DNA of 64,000 nucleotides from Escherichia coli (GTDB lineage Bacteria; Pseudomonadota; Gammaproteobacteria; Enterobacterales; Enterobacteriaceae): NCBI RefSeq assembly GCF_030384885.1, contig NZ_CP128613.1; one strand, 5' to 3'. Shown piece by piece: positions 38,666 to 52,394 of this stretch (position 1 is its first letter; each line of letters starts with the position of its first letter). The notes under the pieces were generated by a model. It saw only the letters and a program-made list of their open reading frames with translations, ran no database searches and was not told where the DNA came from. The position numbers and the translations under genes were made by a program.

Positions 38666-41600
38666 GTGCGCCTGATTATCGCTTTTCTGATGGCCTGGTG
38701 CCTCAGTTGGGGGGCGTACGCCGCGACGGCCCCCGATAGTAAACAAATCACCCAGGAACTGGAGCAGGCAAAAGCGGCGAAACCCGCGCAGCCGGAAGTC
38801 GTAGAGGCACTCCAGTCCGCCTTAAATGCGCTTGAGGAACGAAAAGGTTCCCTTGAGCGCATCAAGCAATATCAAGAAGTCATTGATAATTACCCGAAAC
38901 TCTCCGCTACTCTGCGCGCGCAATTAAACAACATGCGTGACGAGCCGCGCAGCGTATCGCCGGGAATGTCTACCGACGCGCTGAATCAGGAAATTCTCCA
39001 GGTCAGCAGCCAGTTGCTGGATAAGAGCCGTCAGGCCCAGCAGGAACAGGAACGTGCCCGCGAGATTGCCGATTCGCTGAATCAATTACCGCAACAGCAA
39101 ACCGACGCTCGCCGTCAGTTGAATGAAATCGAGCGGCGGCTGGGAACACTTACCGGCAATACCCCGCTTAATCAGGCACAAAATTTCGCGTTGCAGTCTG
39201 ACTCTGCACGTCTTAAGGCGCTCGTTGATGAACTGGAGCTGGCGCAGCTGTCTGCCAATAACCGTCAGGAATTAGCGCGCTTACGCTCTGAGCTGGCGGA
39301 AAAAGAGAGCCAGCAGTTGGATGCATATTTGCAGGCCTTACGTAATCAGTTGAACAGCCAACGTCAGCTTGAGGCGGAGCGGGCGCTGGAAAGTACCGAA
39401 TTGCTGGCAGAAAACAGCGCCGATTTGCCGAAAGACATCGTCGCACAATTCAAAATTAACCGCGAACTATCAGCGGCGCTGAATCAACAGGCGCAGCGGA
39501 TGGATCTCGTTGCCTCGCAACAGCGTCAGGCTGCCAGCCAGACGTTACAGGTCCGGCAGGCGTTGAATACGCTGCGTGAACAGTCGCAATGGCTGGGATC
39601 GTCCAACCTGCTCGGTGAAGCGTTGCGGGCGCAGGTGGCACGGCTACCGGAAATGCCAAAACCACAACAGCTTGATACCGAAATGGCGCAGTTGCGTGTG
39701 CAACGGTTACGTTATGAGGATCTGCTAAATAAACAGCCGCTGCTACGGCAAATCCATCAGGCCGACGGTCAGCCGCTGACCGCCGAGCAAAACCGTATTC
39801 TGGAAGCACAGCTACGCACTCAGCGTGAGTTGCTGAACTCATTGTTGCAGGGTGGCGACACGTTACTGCTGGAACTGACCAAGTTGAAAGTATCCAACGG
39901 GCAACTGGAAGATGCGCTGAAAGAAGTGAATGAAGCGACGCACCGCTACCTGTTCTGGACTTCGGACGTGCGCCCGATGACCATCGCCTGGCCGCTGGAG
40001 ATCGCTCAGGATCTGCGTCGTCTCATTTCGCTGGACACCTTCAGTCAGTTGGGCAAAGCCAGCGTAATGATGCTGACCAGCAAAGAAACGATTTTGCCGC
40101 TGTTTGGCGCGTTGATTCTGGTCGGTTGCAGTATTTACTCACGCCGCTATTTCACCCGTTTTCTTGAACGTTCGGCGGCGAAAGTCGGCAAAGTGACTCA
40201 GGATCACTTCTGGCTGACGTTGCGCACCCTTTTCTGGTCGATTCTCGTCGCATCACCGCTACCGGTGCTGTGGATGACGCTGGGTTACGGCTTGCGCGAG
40301 GCGTGGCCTTATCCGCTGGCGGTCGCAATTGGTGATGGCGTAACGGCCACCGTACCGCTGCTGTGGGTAGTGATGATTTGCGCCACCTTTGCCCGTCCGA
40401 ACGGCTTGTTTATCGCTCATTTCGGCTGGCCACGCGAACGGGTTTCCCGCGGGATGCGTTACTACCTGATGAGCATCGGGCTTATTGTGCCGCTGATTAT
40501 GGCGCTGATGATGTTCGATAACCTCGACGACCGTGAATTCTCCGGTTCGCTGGGACGGCTTTGTTTTATCCTCATTTGCGGTGCGCTGGCGGTGGTCACC
40601 CTCAGCCTGAAAAAGGCCGGGATCCCGCTGTATCTCAACAAAGAAGGCAGCGGCGACAACATTACCAACCATATGCTGTGGAACATGATGATTGGCGCAC
40701 CGCTGGTTGCTATTCTGGCGTCGGCGGTGGGTTATCTGGCAACGGCGCAGGCACTGTTAGCAAGGCTTGAAACCTCAGTTGCCATCTGGTTCCTACTATT
40801 AGTGGTTTATCACGTTATCCGCCGCTGGATGCTGATCCAACGCCGCAGGCTGGCGTTTGACCGGGCGAAGCATCGCCGGGCAGAGATGTTAGCGCAGCGT
40901 GCGCGTGGCGAAGAGGAAGCGCATCATCACAGTAGCCCGGAAGGGGCAATTGAAGTCGATGAAAGTGAAGTCGATCTCGATGCCATCAGTGCACAATCCT
41001 TGCGGCTGGTGCGCTCAATCCTGATGTTGATCGCCCTACTTTCAGTCATTGTGCTGTGGTCAGAAATCCATTCCGCTTTCGGCTTCCTCGAAAATATTTC
41101 GCTGTGGGATGTCACTTCCACGGTACAGGGCGTGGAAAGCCTGGAGCCGATTACCCTCGGTGCGGTGCTAATTGCCATTCTGGTGTTTATCATCACCACG
41201 CAGCTGGTGCGCAACCTGCCCGCGCTGCTGGAACTGGCGATTTTGCAGCACCTGGATTTAACGCCGGGTACGGGCTACGCCATCACCACCATCACCAAAT
41301 ATCTGCTGATGCTGATTGGCGGGCTGGTCGGCTTCTCAATGATTGGTATTGAGTGGTCGAAATTGCAGTGGCTGGTTGCCGCGCTCGGTGTTGGTCTCGG
41401 TTTTGGTTTGCAGGAAATTTTCGCCAACTTTATCTCTGGCCTGATTATCCTGTTCGAAAAACCGATTCGTATTGGCGATACGGTGACGATCCGCGATCTC
41501 ACCGGTAGTGTGACGAAAATTAACACCCGCGCCACCACCATCAGCGACTGGGACCGCAAAGAAATTATCGTGCCGAACAAGGCGTTTATTACCGAGCAGT

Positions 41601-41989
41601 TTATCAACTGGTCGCTCTCTGACTCGGTCACGCGCGTGGTGTTGACGATTCCGGCCCCTGCCGATGCCAACAGTGAAGAAGTGACGGAAATCCTGCTCAC
41701 CGCAGCGCGTCGCTGCTCGCTGGTGATCGACAACCCGGCGCCGGAAGTCTTCCTGGTGGATCTGCAGCAGGGGATTCAGATTTTCGAGCTGCGTATTTAC
41801 GCCGCTGAGATGGGTCACCGCATGCCACTACGCCATGAGATTCACCAGCTGATTCTGGCAGGATTCCATGCCCACGGTATTGATATGCCATTCCCGCCCT
41901 TCCAGATGCGTCTGGAAAGCCTCAACGGTAAACAAACGGGGAGAACATTAACTTCTGCGGGCAAAGGTCGTCAGGCGGGAAGTTTGTAA
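38666..41989 (+). CDS. mscM: Miniconductance mechanosensitive channel, MscS family
   Basis: 1107-aa ORF from GTG with AAGGAA RBS; long coiled-coil periplasmic region plus multi-TM and MscS core. Confidence 0.93.
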   Translation: MRLIIAFLMAWCLSWGAYAATAPDSKQITQELEQAKAAKPAQPEVVEALQSALNALEERKGSLERIKQYQEVIDNYPKLSATLRAQLNNMRDEPRSVSPGMSTDALNQEILQVSSQLLDKSRQAQQEQERAREIADSLNQLPQQQTDARRQLNEIERRLGTLTGNTPLNQAQNFALQSDSARLKALVDELELAQLSANNRQELARLRSELAEKESQQLDAYLQALRNQLNSQRQLEAERALESTELLAENSADLPKDIVAQFKINRELSAALNQQAQRMDLVASQQRQAASQTLQVRQALNTLREQSQWLGSSNLLGEALRAQVARLPEMPKPQQLDTEMAQLRVQRLRYEDLLNKQPLLRQIHQADGQPLTAEQNRILEAQLRTQRELLNSLLQGGDTLLLELTKLKVSNGQLEDALKEVNEATHRYLFWTSDVRPMTIAWPLEIAQDLRRLISLDTFSQLGKASVMMLTSKETILPLFGALILVGCSIYSRRYFTRFLERSAAKVGKVTQDHFWLTLRTLFWSILVASPLPVLWMTLGYGLREAWPYPLAVAIGDGVTATVPLLWVVMICATFARPNGLFIAHFGWPRERVSRGMRYYLMSIGLIVPLIMALMMFDNLDDREFSGSLGRLCFILICGALAVVTLSLKKAGIPLYLNKEGSGDNITNHMLWNMMIGAPLVAILASAVGYLATAQALLARLETSVAIWFLLLVVYHVIRRWMLIQRRRLAFDRAKHRRAEMLAQRARGEEEAHHHSSPEGAIEVDESEVDLDAISAQSLRLVRSILMLIALLSVIVLWSEIHSAFGFLENISLWDVTSTVQGVESLEPITLGAVLIAILVFIITTQLVRNLPALLELAILQHLDLTPGTGYAITTITKYLLMLIGGLVGFSMIGIEWSKLQWLVAALGVGLGFGLQEIFANFISGLIILFEKPIRIGDTVTIRDLTGSVTKINTRATTISDWDRKEIIVPNKAFITEQFINWSLSDSVTRVVLTIPAPADANSEEVTEILLTAARRCSLVIDNPAPEVFLVDLQQGIQIFELRIYAAEMGHRMPLRHEIHQLILAGFHAHGIDMPFPPFQMRLESLNGKQTGRTLTSAGKGRQAGSL

Positions 41990-42019
41990 GGTCTTTGTGG
42001 CCGGATGAACCCATCCGGC

Positions 42020-42334
42020 TCACAAGCAAAACTGATAGCGCAGAAAAAACTGCCACAACCAGTAGCCGAAAATAGCCAGCGCGGTGGCGTACATAAACCA
42101 GCCGCGTTTTTTTCGCCACAAAGCGAACCAGAGAAAAGGGAAAAAGAGCGGTAACGTCATTATCACACCGACATCGCGAGTATCGTCATCTTCGAGATAC
42201 ATCAAAACATCACAGACGTTGTTAATCCCGCGTCCATCAATCATCCACTCTTTGTCCAGCGTGGACATTATCAGAATCCAGAGAACAGATACGAAGAACC
42301 AAATGCAGCATAAAATAAACTGACGAGCACTCAT
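42020..42334 (-). CDS. yjeO: Small inner-membrane protein
   Basis: 104-aa hydrophobic ORF. Confidence 0.85.
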   Translation of the reverse strand: MSARQFILCCIWFFVSVLWILIMSTLDKEWMIDGRGINNVCDVLMYLEDDDTRDVGVIMTLPLFFPFLWFALWRKKRGWFMYATALAIFGYWLWQFFLRYQFCL

Positions 42335-42669
42335 GATGCTTCAATCGGTAGTTTAATTTCGCTATAACGCATGCGGAACAAATCACCATACCCGATTAAT
42401 CCCCCACGAAAAACCAGGCACCTGATCAGGTAAGTGCAATAGATATCAGGCAGGTTTCCCCACCGCGAACCATCGCGATCTTTGAGGGTATTAATGGTAT
42501 TACCGACCTCCATTGCCACTTTACGGGTGTGACAGGCATCGACAAAAGAGAGAATAGTCTGCTCTATTTCCGCTACATCCCAGGCAGAAAATTGCAGCGC
42601 CCTGATTTCATCTTCGGTTATCACTGGATCCCGACTACCGTTGTCCATAACGTCTTCCTTACCAGACAA
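42331..42669 (-). CDS. yjeN: Conserved protein YjeN; start uncertain
   Basis: ORF of up to 112 aa; 4-nt overlap with yjeO start. Confidence 0.75.
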   Translation of the reverse strand: MSGKEDVMDNGSRDPVITEDEIRALQFSAWDVAEIEQTILSFVDACHTRKVAMEVGNTINTLKDRDGSRWGNLPDIYCTYLIRCLVFRGGLIGYGDLFRMRYSEIKLPIEAS

Positions 42670-42710
42670 CTCATCGCCGGAGAGACGATGAGTTGCAGGA
42701 TTCCATAGGA

Positions 42711-44213
42711 TCAGTCGAGAGCTAACTCAGGTTTGTTCGCCATGCGACTGCAATAGTTCTGGTAAATCGCCATCGCTAACAGCGAGAAGAAGACAGGGCC
42801 GCCAATCATCCACAATGTGCTGTCCCAGTCTCCGGCTTCAACCACAGGTTGAATGATGGTGAACACGTTCGCAAATGTCACCACCAGTACGACAACAACT
42901 GTCGCAATCATTGCCGACATATGTGTTTTGAAAATCACAAACGGCCTGTCGAGATCCTGACGTGCTTTAAAGAACGGGAAAGCCAGTGCAAGGAACAGGT
43001 AAGGAAGCGTCATAGACACGTTCGCCATCAGCGTCAGTTTGTTAAAGAACGCCGATGCGGTACCGCCACCAAACGAAACCAGCAGGATGAAGACAGTAAC
43101 CAGCCCGCACTGCATCCACATTGCGATAGAAGGCATACCCATCGTATTCAGGCGAGTCATCGGTTCCGGCCACAATGCTTTCGGCGTCCCCTGGATGATG
43201 GCTTTCAGCGGTGAATAGCAAAGCGTAAAGAACGCACCGGTATAGGCGAGGAACATCGACAGTCCGGTAATACGCGCAAACCACACACCCAGCGACAATG
43301 ACGCTTCAGGTGACAAATGCAGTGCGTTACCCAGAGTCATTCCGAGGCTCTTCATCAGCACATAGGTAATATTGCCGAGGTTAACGGAACCATTACTTAA
43401 TACCTGCTGCCAGTTTGTGCTGACGCCCCATAAAAATATTGCCAGCGAATAACCGATTGAAATAACAATAGCGGCAAAAACAATACCTTTGGCAAAGTTC
43501 TTTTCTGGATTTTCCGTTTTATCGACCAGACCACCCACCGCTTCAATTCCGCCATAGGCAAAAATAGCAAATACCACAAACGATAGCATTGCCAGACCGG
43601 ACTGATAACCTGGGTTCGGTGATGCAAGGAAATTAATATCCTGCGCGAAATGCCCACCATTTAATAACAAAATAGTAATGCTTACTAACAGCAATACTAA
43701 ATTCAGACACATTACTGCAATACCGCCCACCGCAGTAATGCGGGCAATTTTATTAATCCCCTTTGAAGCAACGACGGTGACCAGAATCATCCATGCCACT
43801 GCCAGCAGACCAACCACCTGCGTAGGTTCCAGTCCGGCAATACGCCAGTGCTGGGTCATGTCGCTTCCATAGAGGAATGTTGAGAACGGTACCCAAACTT
43901 TCGCGGAGGTGCTCACCATCCAGATGATATAAGAGGAAAACCACATAAACGTACCAATGAAGGCAAAACGTGGTCCGACACTATTATTCATCCAGGAATA
44001 GATACCGCCTTCTTCTTTGCGATACGCAGCGCCCATTTCAGCCATCATTAAGGCGAATGGAATAAAGAATAACAATGCAGAAAATATATAAAAGGGAATC
44101 GCACTATAACCCATTAAGTAATAAGCCGATGGGCTATTGGCAAATCCAAATACGGAAGTAAAGATCATCAATATGAGTCCTATCAGACTCATCTTTTTTA
44201 TCGTGTGAGGCAT
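42711..44213 (-). CDS. yjeM: APC-superfamily amino acid/polyamine transporter
   Basis: 500 aa from MPHTIKKMSLIGL...; 12 predicted TM segments. Confidence 0.9.
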   Translation of the reverse strand: MPHTIKKMSLIGLILMIFTSVFGFANSPSAYYLMGYSAIPFYIFSALLFFIPFALMMAEMGAAYRKEEGGIYSWMNNSVGPRFAFIGTFMWFSSYIIWMVSTSAKVWVPFSTFLYGSDMTQHWRIAGLEPTQVVGLLAVAWMILVTVVASKGINKIARITAVGGIAVMCLNLVLLLVSITILLLNGGHFAQDINFLASPNPGYQSGLAMLSFVVFAIFAYGGIEAVGGLVDKTENPEKNFAKGIVFAAIVISIGYSLAIFLWGVSTNWQQVLSNGSVNLGNITYVLMKSLGMTLGNALHLSPEASLSLGVWFARITGLSMFLAYTGAFFTLCYSPLKAIIQGTPKALWPEPMTRLNTMGMPSIAMWMQCGLVTVFILLVSFGGGTASAFFNKLTLMANVSMTLPYLFLALAFPFFKARQDLDRPFVIFKTHMSAMIATVVVVLVVTFANVFTIIQPVVEAGDWDSTLWMIGGPVFFSLLAMAIYQNYCSRMANKPELALD

Positions 44214-44432
44214 GAAACCATCCTTCATTTCAGCGCGTGTCTAAAACGCGCCCACTGAACTGCACTACCCTATCATTGAGTGGGCAGCGTAAAAACCAAT
44301 ACAGAATTGATACCTGGATGATATCAAATATCCAGTCTTAAATTGTGGCCTTTAGCGGAAAAATGAAAACATATGCTACAGAATGGCGCTCATCACGCCA
44401 TTCTTCGCAGTTAATTCAGTAATTTTTCAGAA

Positions 44433-45410
44433 TTATGCCCGGTCAACGCTAAAGGCGATGACTTCAGCCAGTGTCTCCGCGCCCAGCGCCAACATCACCA
44501 GACGATCAACGCCTAATGCCACGCCGGAACAGTCAGGCATACCGACTTTCAAGGCTTCAATAAGATTCTCGTCAATGGGGTGCTGCGGCAAACCGCGCGC
44601 CGCGCGCTTACGGTTATCTTGTTCAAAGCGTTGTTGCTGCTCACGGGCATCCGTTAATTCATGGAAACCATTCGCCAGCTCAATACCTTTATAGTAAACC
44701 TCAAAGCGTTCAGCGACCCGATGATCTTCGGTACTGATTTGCGCCAGTGATGCCTGGCTGGCGGGAAAGTGGTACACAAAGGTCGGTTTTTCTTTGCCAA
44801 TATTTGGCTCTACGCCAAAGGTAAACAGCAGTTGTAGCAGCGTGTCGCGGTCTTCTTCGGTATCGGCAACGTTGCTCAAATCCAGTTTCGCTGCCACTTC
44901 CCGCAGTTGCGTTTTGTCGGCAGAGAGCGGGTCAATTTCCAGATAACGCAAGAAAGCTTGTTGATAAGAAAGACTTTCTGCTGCCGGGCAGTCAAGCACC
45001 TGTTGTAAGAGATCGTCCACCTCGTTCATCAACCGGTACATATCATAGTGCGGTCGATACCACTCAAGCATAGTGAACTCAGGGTTGTGATAACGCCCCA
45101 TCTCTTCATTACGGAAGCTGCGGCACAGCTGGAATACCGGCCCACAACCGGCAACCAGCAGGCGTTTCATATGGTATTCCGGGCTGGTCATTAACCAGAG
45201 ATTCATCCCCTGCGAATGCCCGGGGCCAACGAAACGCGTCTCAAACGGGACCAAATGAATATCGGTTACCGTCGCCTGGCTCATACAAGGCGTCTCCACC
45301 TCCAGCACTCCACGATCGGCAAAGAAACGACGGATCTCCGCCATAATCGCCGCGCGTTTTAATAAGTTAGGAATGGATGCGCTCGGCTGCCAGGATGCCG
45401 TTTCGCTCAT
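44433..45410 (-). CDS. epmA: Elongation factor P--(R)-beta-lysine ligase
   Basis: 325 aa from [20 protein letters not shown]...; class II aaRS-like fold. Confidence 0.95.
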   Translation of the reverse strand: MSETASWQPSASIPNLLKRAAIMAEIRRFFADRGVLEVETPCMSQATVTDIHLVPFETRFVGPGHSQGMNLWLMTSPEYHMKRLLVAGCGPVFQLCRSFRNEEMGRYHNPEFTMLEWYRPHYDMYRLMNEVDDLLQQVLDCPAAESLSYQQAFLRYLEIDPLSADKTQLREVAAKLDLSNVADTEEDRDTLLQLLFTFGVEPNIGKEKPTFVYHFPASQASLAQISTEDHRVAERFEVYYKGIELANGFHELTDAREQQQRFEQDNRKRAARGLPQHPIDENLIEALKVGMPDCSGVALGVDRLVMLALGAETLAEVIAFSVDRA

Positions 45411-45588
45411 AGTTAAATCTCCATTTTTTGACAAGGGCACGAAGTCTACTCGCAACGCGGCGGCGAGACAAATTTTACGCAGGTATCAATCAACGGTGGG
45501 CGGTGACTAAAAAAAGCACGATCTGATGGTTTAGTAATTAAATTAATCATCTTCAGTGATAATTTAGCCCTCTTGCGCACTAAAAAAA

Positions 45589-45602
45589 TCGATCTCGTCA
45601 AA
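45589..45602 (+). promoter_or_regulatory. Candidate FNR box and frdABCD promoter (-10 tatact at 45624-45629)
   Basis: TCGAT-CTCG-TCAAA resembles TTGAT-N4-ATCAA, about 41 bp upstream of the predicted start site; anaerobic frd promoter expected here. Confidence 0.45.
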
Positions 45603-45734
45603 TTTCAGACTTATCCATCAGACTATACTGTTGTACCTATAAAGGAGCAGTGGAATAGCGTTCGCAGACCGTAACTTTCAGGCACTTACCCTGAAGTACG
45701 GGGCTGTGGGATAAAAACAATCTGGAGGAATGTC

Positions 45735-47535
45735 GTGCAAACCTTTCAAGCCGATCTTGCCATTGTAGGCGCCGGTGGCGCGGGATTACGTGCTGCAATT
45801 GCTGCCGCGCAGGCAAATCCAAATGCAAAAATCGCACTAATCTCAAAAGTATACCCTATGCGTAGCCATACCGTTGCTGCAGAAGGGGGCTCCGCCGCTG
45901 TCGCGCAGGATCATGACAGCTTCGAATATCACTTTCACGATACAGTAGCGGGTGGCGACTGGTTGTGTGAGCAGGATGTCGTGGATTATTTCGTCCACCA
46001 CTGCCCAACCGAAATGACCCAACTGGAACTGTGGGGATGCCCATGGAGCCGTCGCCCGGATGGTAGCGTCAACGTACGTCGCTTCGGCGGCATGAAAATC
46101 GAGCGTACCTGGTTCGCCGCCGATAAGACCGGCTTCCATATGCTGCACACGCTGTTCCAGACCTCTCTGCAATTCCCGCAGATCCAGCGTTTTGACGAGC
46201 ACTTCGTACTGGATATTCTGGTTGATGATGGTCATGTTCGCGGCCTGGTGGCAATGAACATGATGGAAGGCACGCTGGTGCAGATCCGTGCTAACGCGGT
46301 CGTTATGGCTACCGGCGGTGCGGGTCGCGTTTATCGTTACAACACCAACGGCGGCATCGTTACCGGTGACGGTATGGGTATGGCGCTAAGCCACGGCGTT
46401 CCGCTGCGTGACATGGAATTCGTTCAGTATCACCCAACCGGTCTGCCAGGTTCCGGTATCCTGATGACCGAAGGCTGCCGCGGTGAAGGCGGTATTCTGG
46501 TCAACAAAAATGGCTACCGTTATCTGCAAGATTACGGCATGGGCCCGGAAACTCCGCTGGGCGAGCCGAAAAACAAATATATGGAACTGGGTCCACGCGA
46601 CAAAGTTTCTCAGGCCTTCTGGCACGAATGGCGTAAAGGCAACACCATCTCCACACCGCGTGGCGATGTGGTTTATCTCGACCTGCGTCACCTCGGCGAG
46701 AAAAAACTGCATGAACGTCTGCCGTTCATCTGCGAACTGGCGAAAGCGTACGTTGGCGTCGATCCGGTTAAAGAACCGATTCCAGTACGTCCGACCGCAC
46801 ACTACACCATGGGCGGTATCGAAACCGATCAGAACTGTGAAACCCGCATTAAAGGTCTGTTCGCCGTGGGTGAATGTTCCTCTGTTGGTCTGCACGGCGC
46901 AAACCGTCTGGGCTCCAACTCCCTGGCGGAACTGGTGGTCTTCGGTCGTCTGGCCGGTGAACAAGCGACAGAACGTGCAGCAACTGCCGGTAATGGCAAC
47001 GAAGCGGCAATTGAAGCGCAGGCTGCTGGCGTTGAACAACGTCTGAAAGATCTGGTTAACCAGGATGGCGGCGAAAACTGGGCGAAGATCCGCGACGAAA
47101 TGGGCCTGGCTATGGAAGAAGGTTGCGGTATCTACCGTACGCCGGAACTGATGCAGAAAACCATCGACAAGCTGGCTGAGCTACAGGAACGCTTCAAGCG
47201 CGTGCGCATCACCGACACCTCCAGCGTGTTCAACACCGACCTGCTCTACACCATTGAACTGGGCCACGGTCTGAACGTTGCTGAATGTATGGCGCACTCT
47301 GCAATGGCACGTAAAGAGTCTCGCGGCGCGCACCAGCGTCTGGACGAAGGTTGCACCGAGCGTGACGACGTCAACTTCCTCAAACACACCCTCGCCTTCC
47401 GCGATGCTGATGGCACTACTCGCCTGGAGTACAGCGACGTGAAGATTACTACGCTGCCGCCAGCTAAACGCGTTTACGGTGGCGAAGCGGATGCAGCCGA
47501 TAAGGCGGAAGCAGCCAATAAGAAGGAGAAGGCGA

Positions 47536-47543
<8 letters not shown>
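45735..47543 (+). CDS. frdA: Fumarate reductase flavoprotein subunit
   Basis: 602-aa ORF from GTG with GGAGG RBS; FAD motif [10 protein letters not shown]. Confidence 0.97.
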
Positions 47544-48676
<1,133 letters not shown>

Positions 48677-48686
48677 GGAGCCTGAG

Positions 48687-50242
<1,556 letters not shown>

Positions 50243-50330
50243 AATTTCATCGGGTCCGAATTTTTGGACCTTTTCTCCGCTTTTCCTTGCTGTCATCTAC
50301 ACTTAGAAAAAAACCAGTAAGGAAACATTT

Positions 50331-50864
50331 ATGCGCCTGCTCCCTCTCGTTGCCGCAGCGACAGCTGCATTTCTGGTCGTTGCCTGCAGTTCTCCTACGC
50401 CGCCGCGTGGCGTGACAGTAGTGAATAATTTCGACGCCAAACGTTATCTCGGTACCTGGTATGAGATTGCCCGTTTTGATCACCGCTTTGAACGTGGACT
50501 GGAAAAAGTCACCGCAACATACAGTCTGCGGGATGACGGCGGCCTGAATGTCATTAATAAAGGCTATAACCCTGACAGAGAAATGTGGCAGCAGAGTGAA
50601 GGGAAAGCGTACTTTACCGGCGCGCCTACCCGCGCTGCGCTGAAAGTGTCATTCTTTGGTCCTTTCTATGGCGGTTATAACGTTATTGCACTCGATCGGG
50701 AATACCGCCATGCGCTGGTTTGCGGCCCGGACCGCGACTACCTGTGGATACTCTCCCGCACGCCAACCATTTCTGACGAAGTGAAACAGGAAATGCTGGC
50801 AGTCGCGACCCGGGAAGGGTTTGATGTCAGTAAGTTTATTTGGGTACAGCAGCCCGGTAGTTAG
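50331..50864 (+). CDS. blc: Outer-membrane lipocalin lipoprotein
   Basis: 177-aa ORF with lipobox VVAC. Confidence 0.95.
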   Translation: MRLLPLVAAATAAFLVVACSSPTPPRGVTVVNNFDAKRYLGTWYEIARFDHRFERGLEKVTATYSLRDDGGLNVINKGYNPDREMWQQSEGKAYFTGAPTRAALKVSFFGPFYGGYNVIALDREYRHALVCGPDRDYLWILSRTPTISDEVKQEMLAVATREGFDVSKFIWVQQPGS

Positions 50865-51178
50865 TGAGTGCTGAGTTTCAGACCAATAATCCCCAATACG
50901 ATTAACGCCAGGCTCGCCAGGCGCATCGGGTTAGCGGACTCACCGAGCAGCACAATACCGGTGATGGCCGCGCCGACTGCGCCAATACCCGTCCACACGG
51001 CATAAGCTGTCCCTACTGGTAACGATTTCATCGCCCAGGCAAGTAGCGCCATACTGACAATCATCGCCGTCACGGTAATAACACTTGGCGTCAAACGACT
51101 AAAACCGTGGGTATATTTCAGACCAACGGCCCATACCACTTCCAGCAGACCAGCAATAACTAAGATAATCCAGGACAT
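50861..51178 (-). CDS. gdx: SMR-family guanidinium exporter
   Basis: 105 aa from [26 protein letters not shown]...; track ORF extends upstream from TTG through the riboswitch region. Confidence 0.93.
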   Translation of the reverse strand: MSWIILVIAGLLEVVWAVGLKYTHGFSRLTPSVITVTAMIVSMALLAWAMKSLPVGTAYAVWTGIGAVGAAITGIVLLGESANPMRLASLALIVLGIIGLKLSTH

Positions 51179-51186
51179 ATCAGGCT

Positions 51187-51231
51187 CCGGAGAATTGGGG
51201 CCGTCCCCGGTGAAAAGAGGCGTTTGCAGGT
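51187..51231 (-). ncRNA. Guanidine-II (mini-ykkC) riboswitch-like tandem hairpins in the gdx leader
   Basis: On the gdx strand: TTGCAGG-ACGA-CCTGCAA and GGGG-ACGG-CCCC, two stem-loops with ACGR tetraloops separated by a 17-nt linker, just upstream of the gdx RBS. Confidence 0.6.
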
Positions 51232-51352
51232 CGTCCTGCAAAGCTGATGGTTGAACGGGTATTTTGCCAGGTGGCAGGGGAATTTCAACTATTACCTTAG
51301 TGACTATCGCAAAAAAACAAACGGCACGACACAGCTGTCGTACCGTTATTGC

Positions 51353-51499
51353 TTATTGCTGTGCTTTTGTTGCTGCACCAGAAATCGCGTTACCGCCATC
51401 AGAGATATCTTCACCAACGCCACGCGTGGTGTTGCAGGCAGTTAATAATGTTGAAAGCACCAGAACAGAAAAGATCGCTGCAATTGTCTTCTTCACCAT
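51353..51499 (-). CDS. ecnB: Entericidin B bacteriolytic lipoprotein
   Basis: 48-aa ORF read manually ([48 protein letters not shown]); below the track's size cutoff. Confidence 0.85.
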   Translation of the reverse strand: MVKKTIAAIFSVLVLSTLLTACNTTRGVGEDISDGGNAISGAATKAQQ

Positions 51500-51609
51500 A
51501 ACGTCTTCCTTTTAGGTAATGTTATTTATGTTTGCCTATAGCAAATTAATAATAGACAACATCGCCAAAAATGATGGAAATCTGATGATTTTTCGGAAGA
51601 GAAGAAAAA

Positions 51610-51735
51610 TTAGCTGGCAGCGCGGGAGATGGAGTTGCCGAGATGTTTGATATCTTCGCCGAAACCGCGAGCGGTGTTACAGCCCGTGAGCAGCGTGCTG
51701 GCAAGCAAAACAAGAACGATAAGGCGTTTCATCAT
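51610..51735 (-). CDS. ecnA: Entericidin A antidote lipoprotein
   Basis: 41-aa ORF read manually ([41 protein letters not shown]). Confidence 0.85.
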   Translation of the reverse strand: MMKRLIVLVLLASTLLTGCNTARGFGEDIKHLGNSISRAAS

Positions 51736-51786
51736 CTCTGACCAGAATAAGTGATGGTGCAGCCAACAGGCCGCACCAAAACCGCA

Positions 51787-52353
51787 TTACTTCACGCGAG
51801 AGACGTATTCACCAGAGCGGGTATCCACTTTGATGACTTCGCCGATCTGCACGAACAGCGGAACTTTAACCACAGCGCCAGTAGACAGGGTAGCCGGTTT
51901 GCCGCCAGTACCTGCGGTATCCCCTTTCAGGCCTGGATCGGTATCAACGATTTCCAGTTCAACAAAGTTCGGCGGAGTAACGGAGATCGGCTGACCATTC
52001 CACAGAGTTACGATACACTCTGCCTGATCCAGCAACCATTTAGCGTTGTCGCCAATTGCTTTTGCATCAGCTGACAGTTGCTCGAAAGTTTCGTTGTTCA
52101 TGAAGTGCCAGAACTCACCGTCGTTGTACAGGTAAGTCAGGTTCATATCGACAACATCAGCGCCTTCAGCGGAATCAGTAGATTTGAAGGTTTTTTCTAC
52201 GCGAGTACCGGTCAGCAGACGACGCAGTTTAACGCGAGCAAATGCCTGGCCTTTACCCGGTTTTACGAATTCACTCGCTTCAACCGCGTAAGGTTCGCCG
52301 TCTAACATGATTTTAAGACCAGCACGAAAATCGTTGCTATAGTACGTTGCCAT
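51787..52353 (-). CDS. efp: Elongation factor P
   Basis: 188-aa [27 protein letters not shown]... Confidence 0.98.
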
Positions 52354-52394
52354 AAGGCCCTCTGAAATTTATTAATTGGTAGCTAAGCCACAAA

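Noticed and set aside
37961-38746. 261-aa minus-strand ORF
   Set aside because: Antisense to psd and the mscM 5' end.
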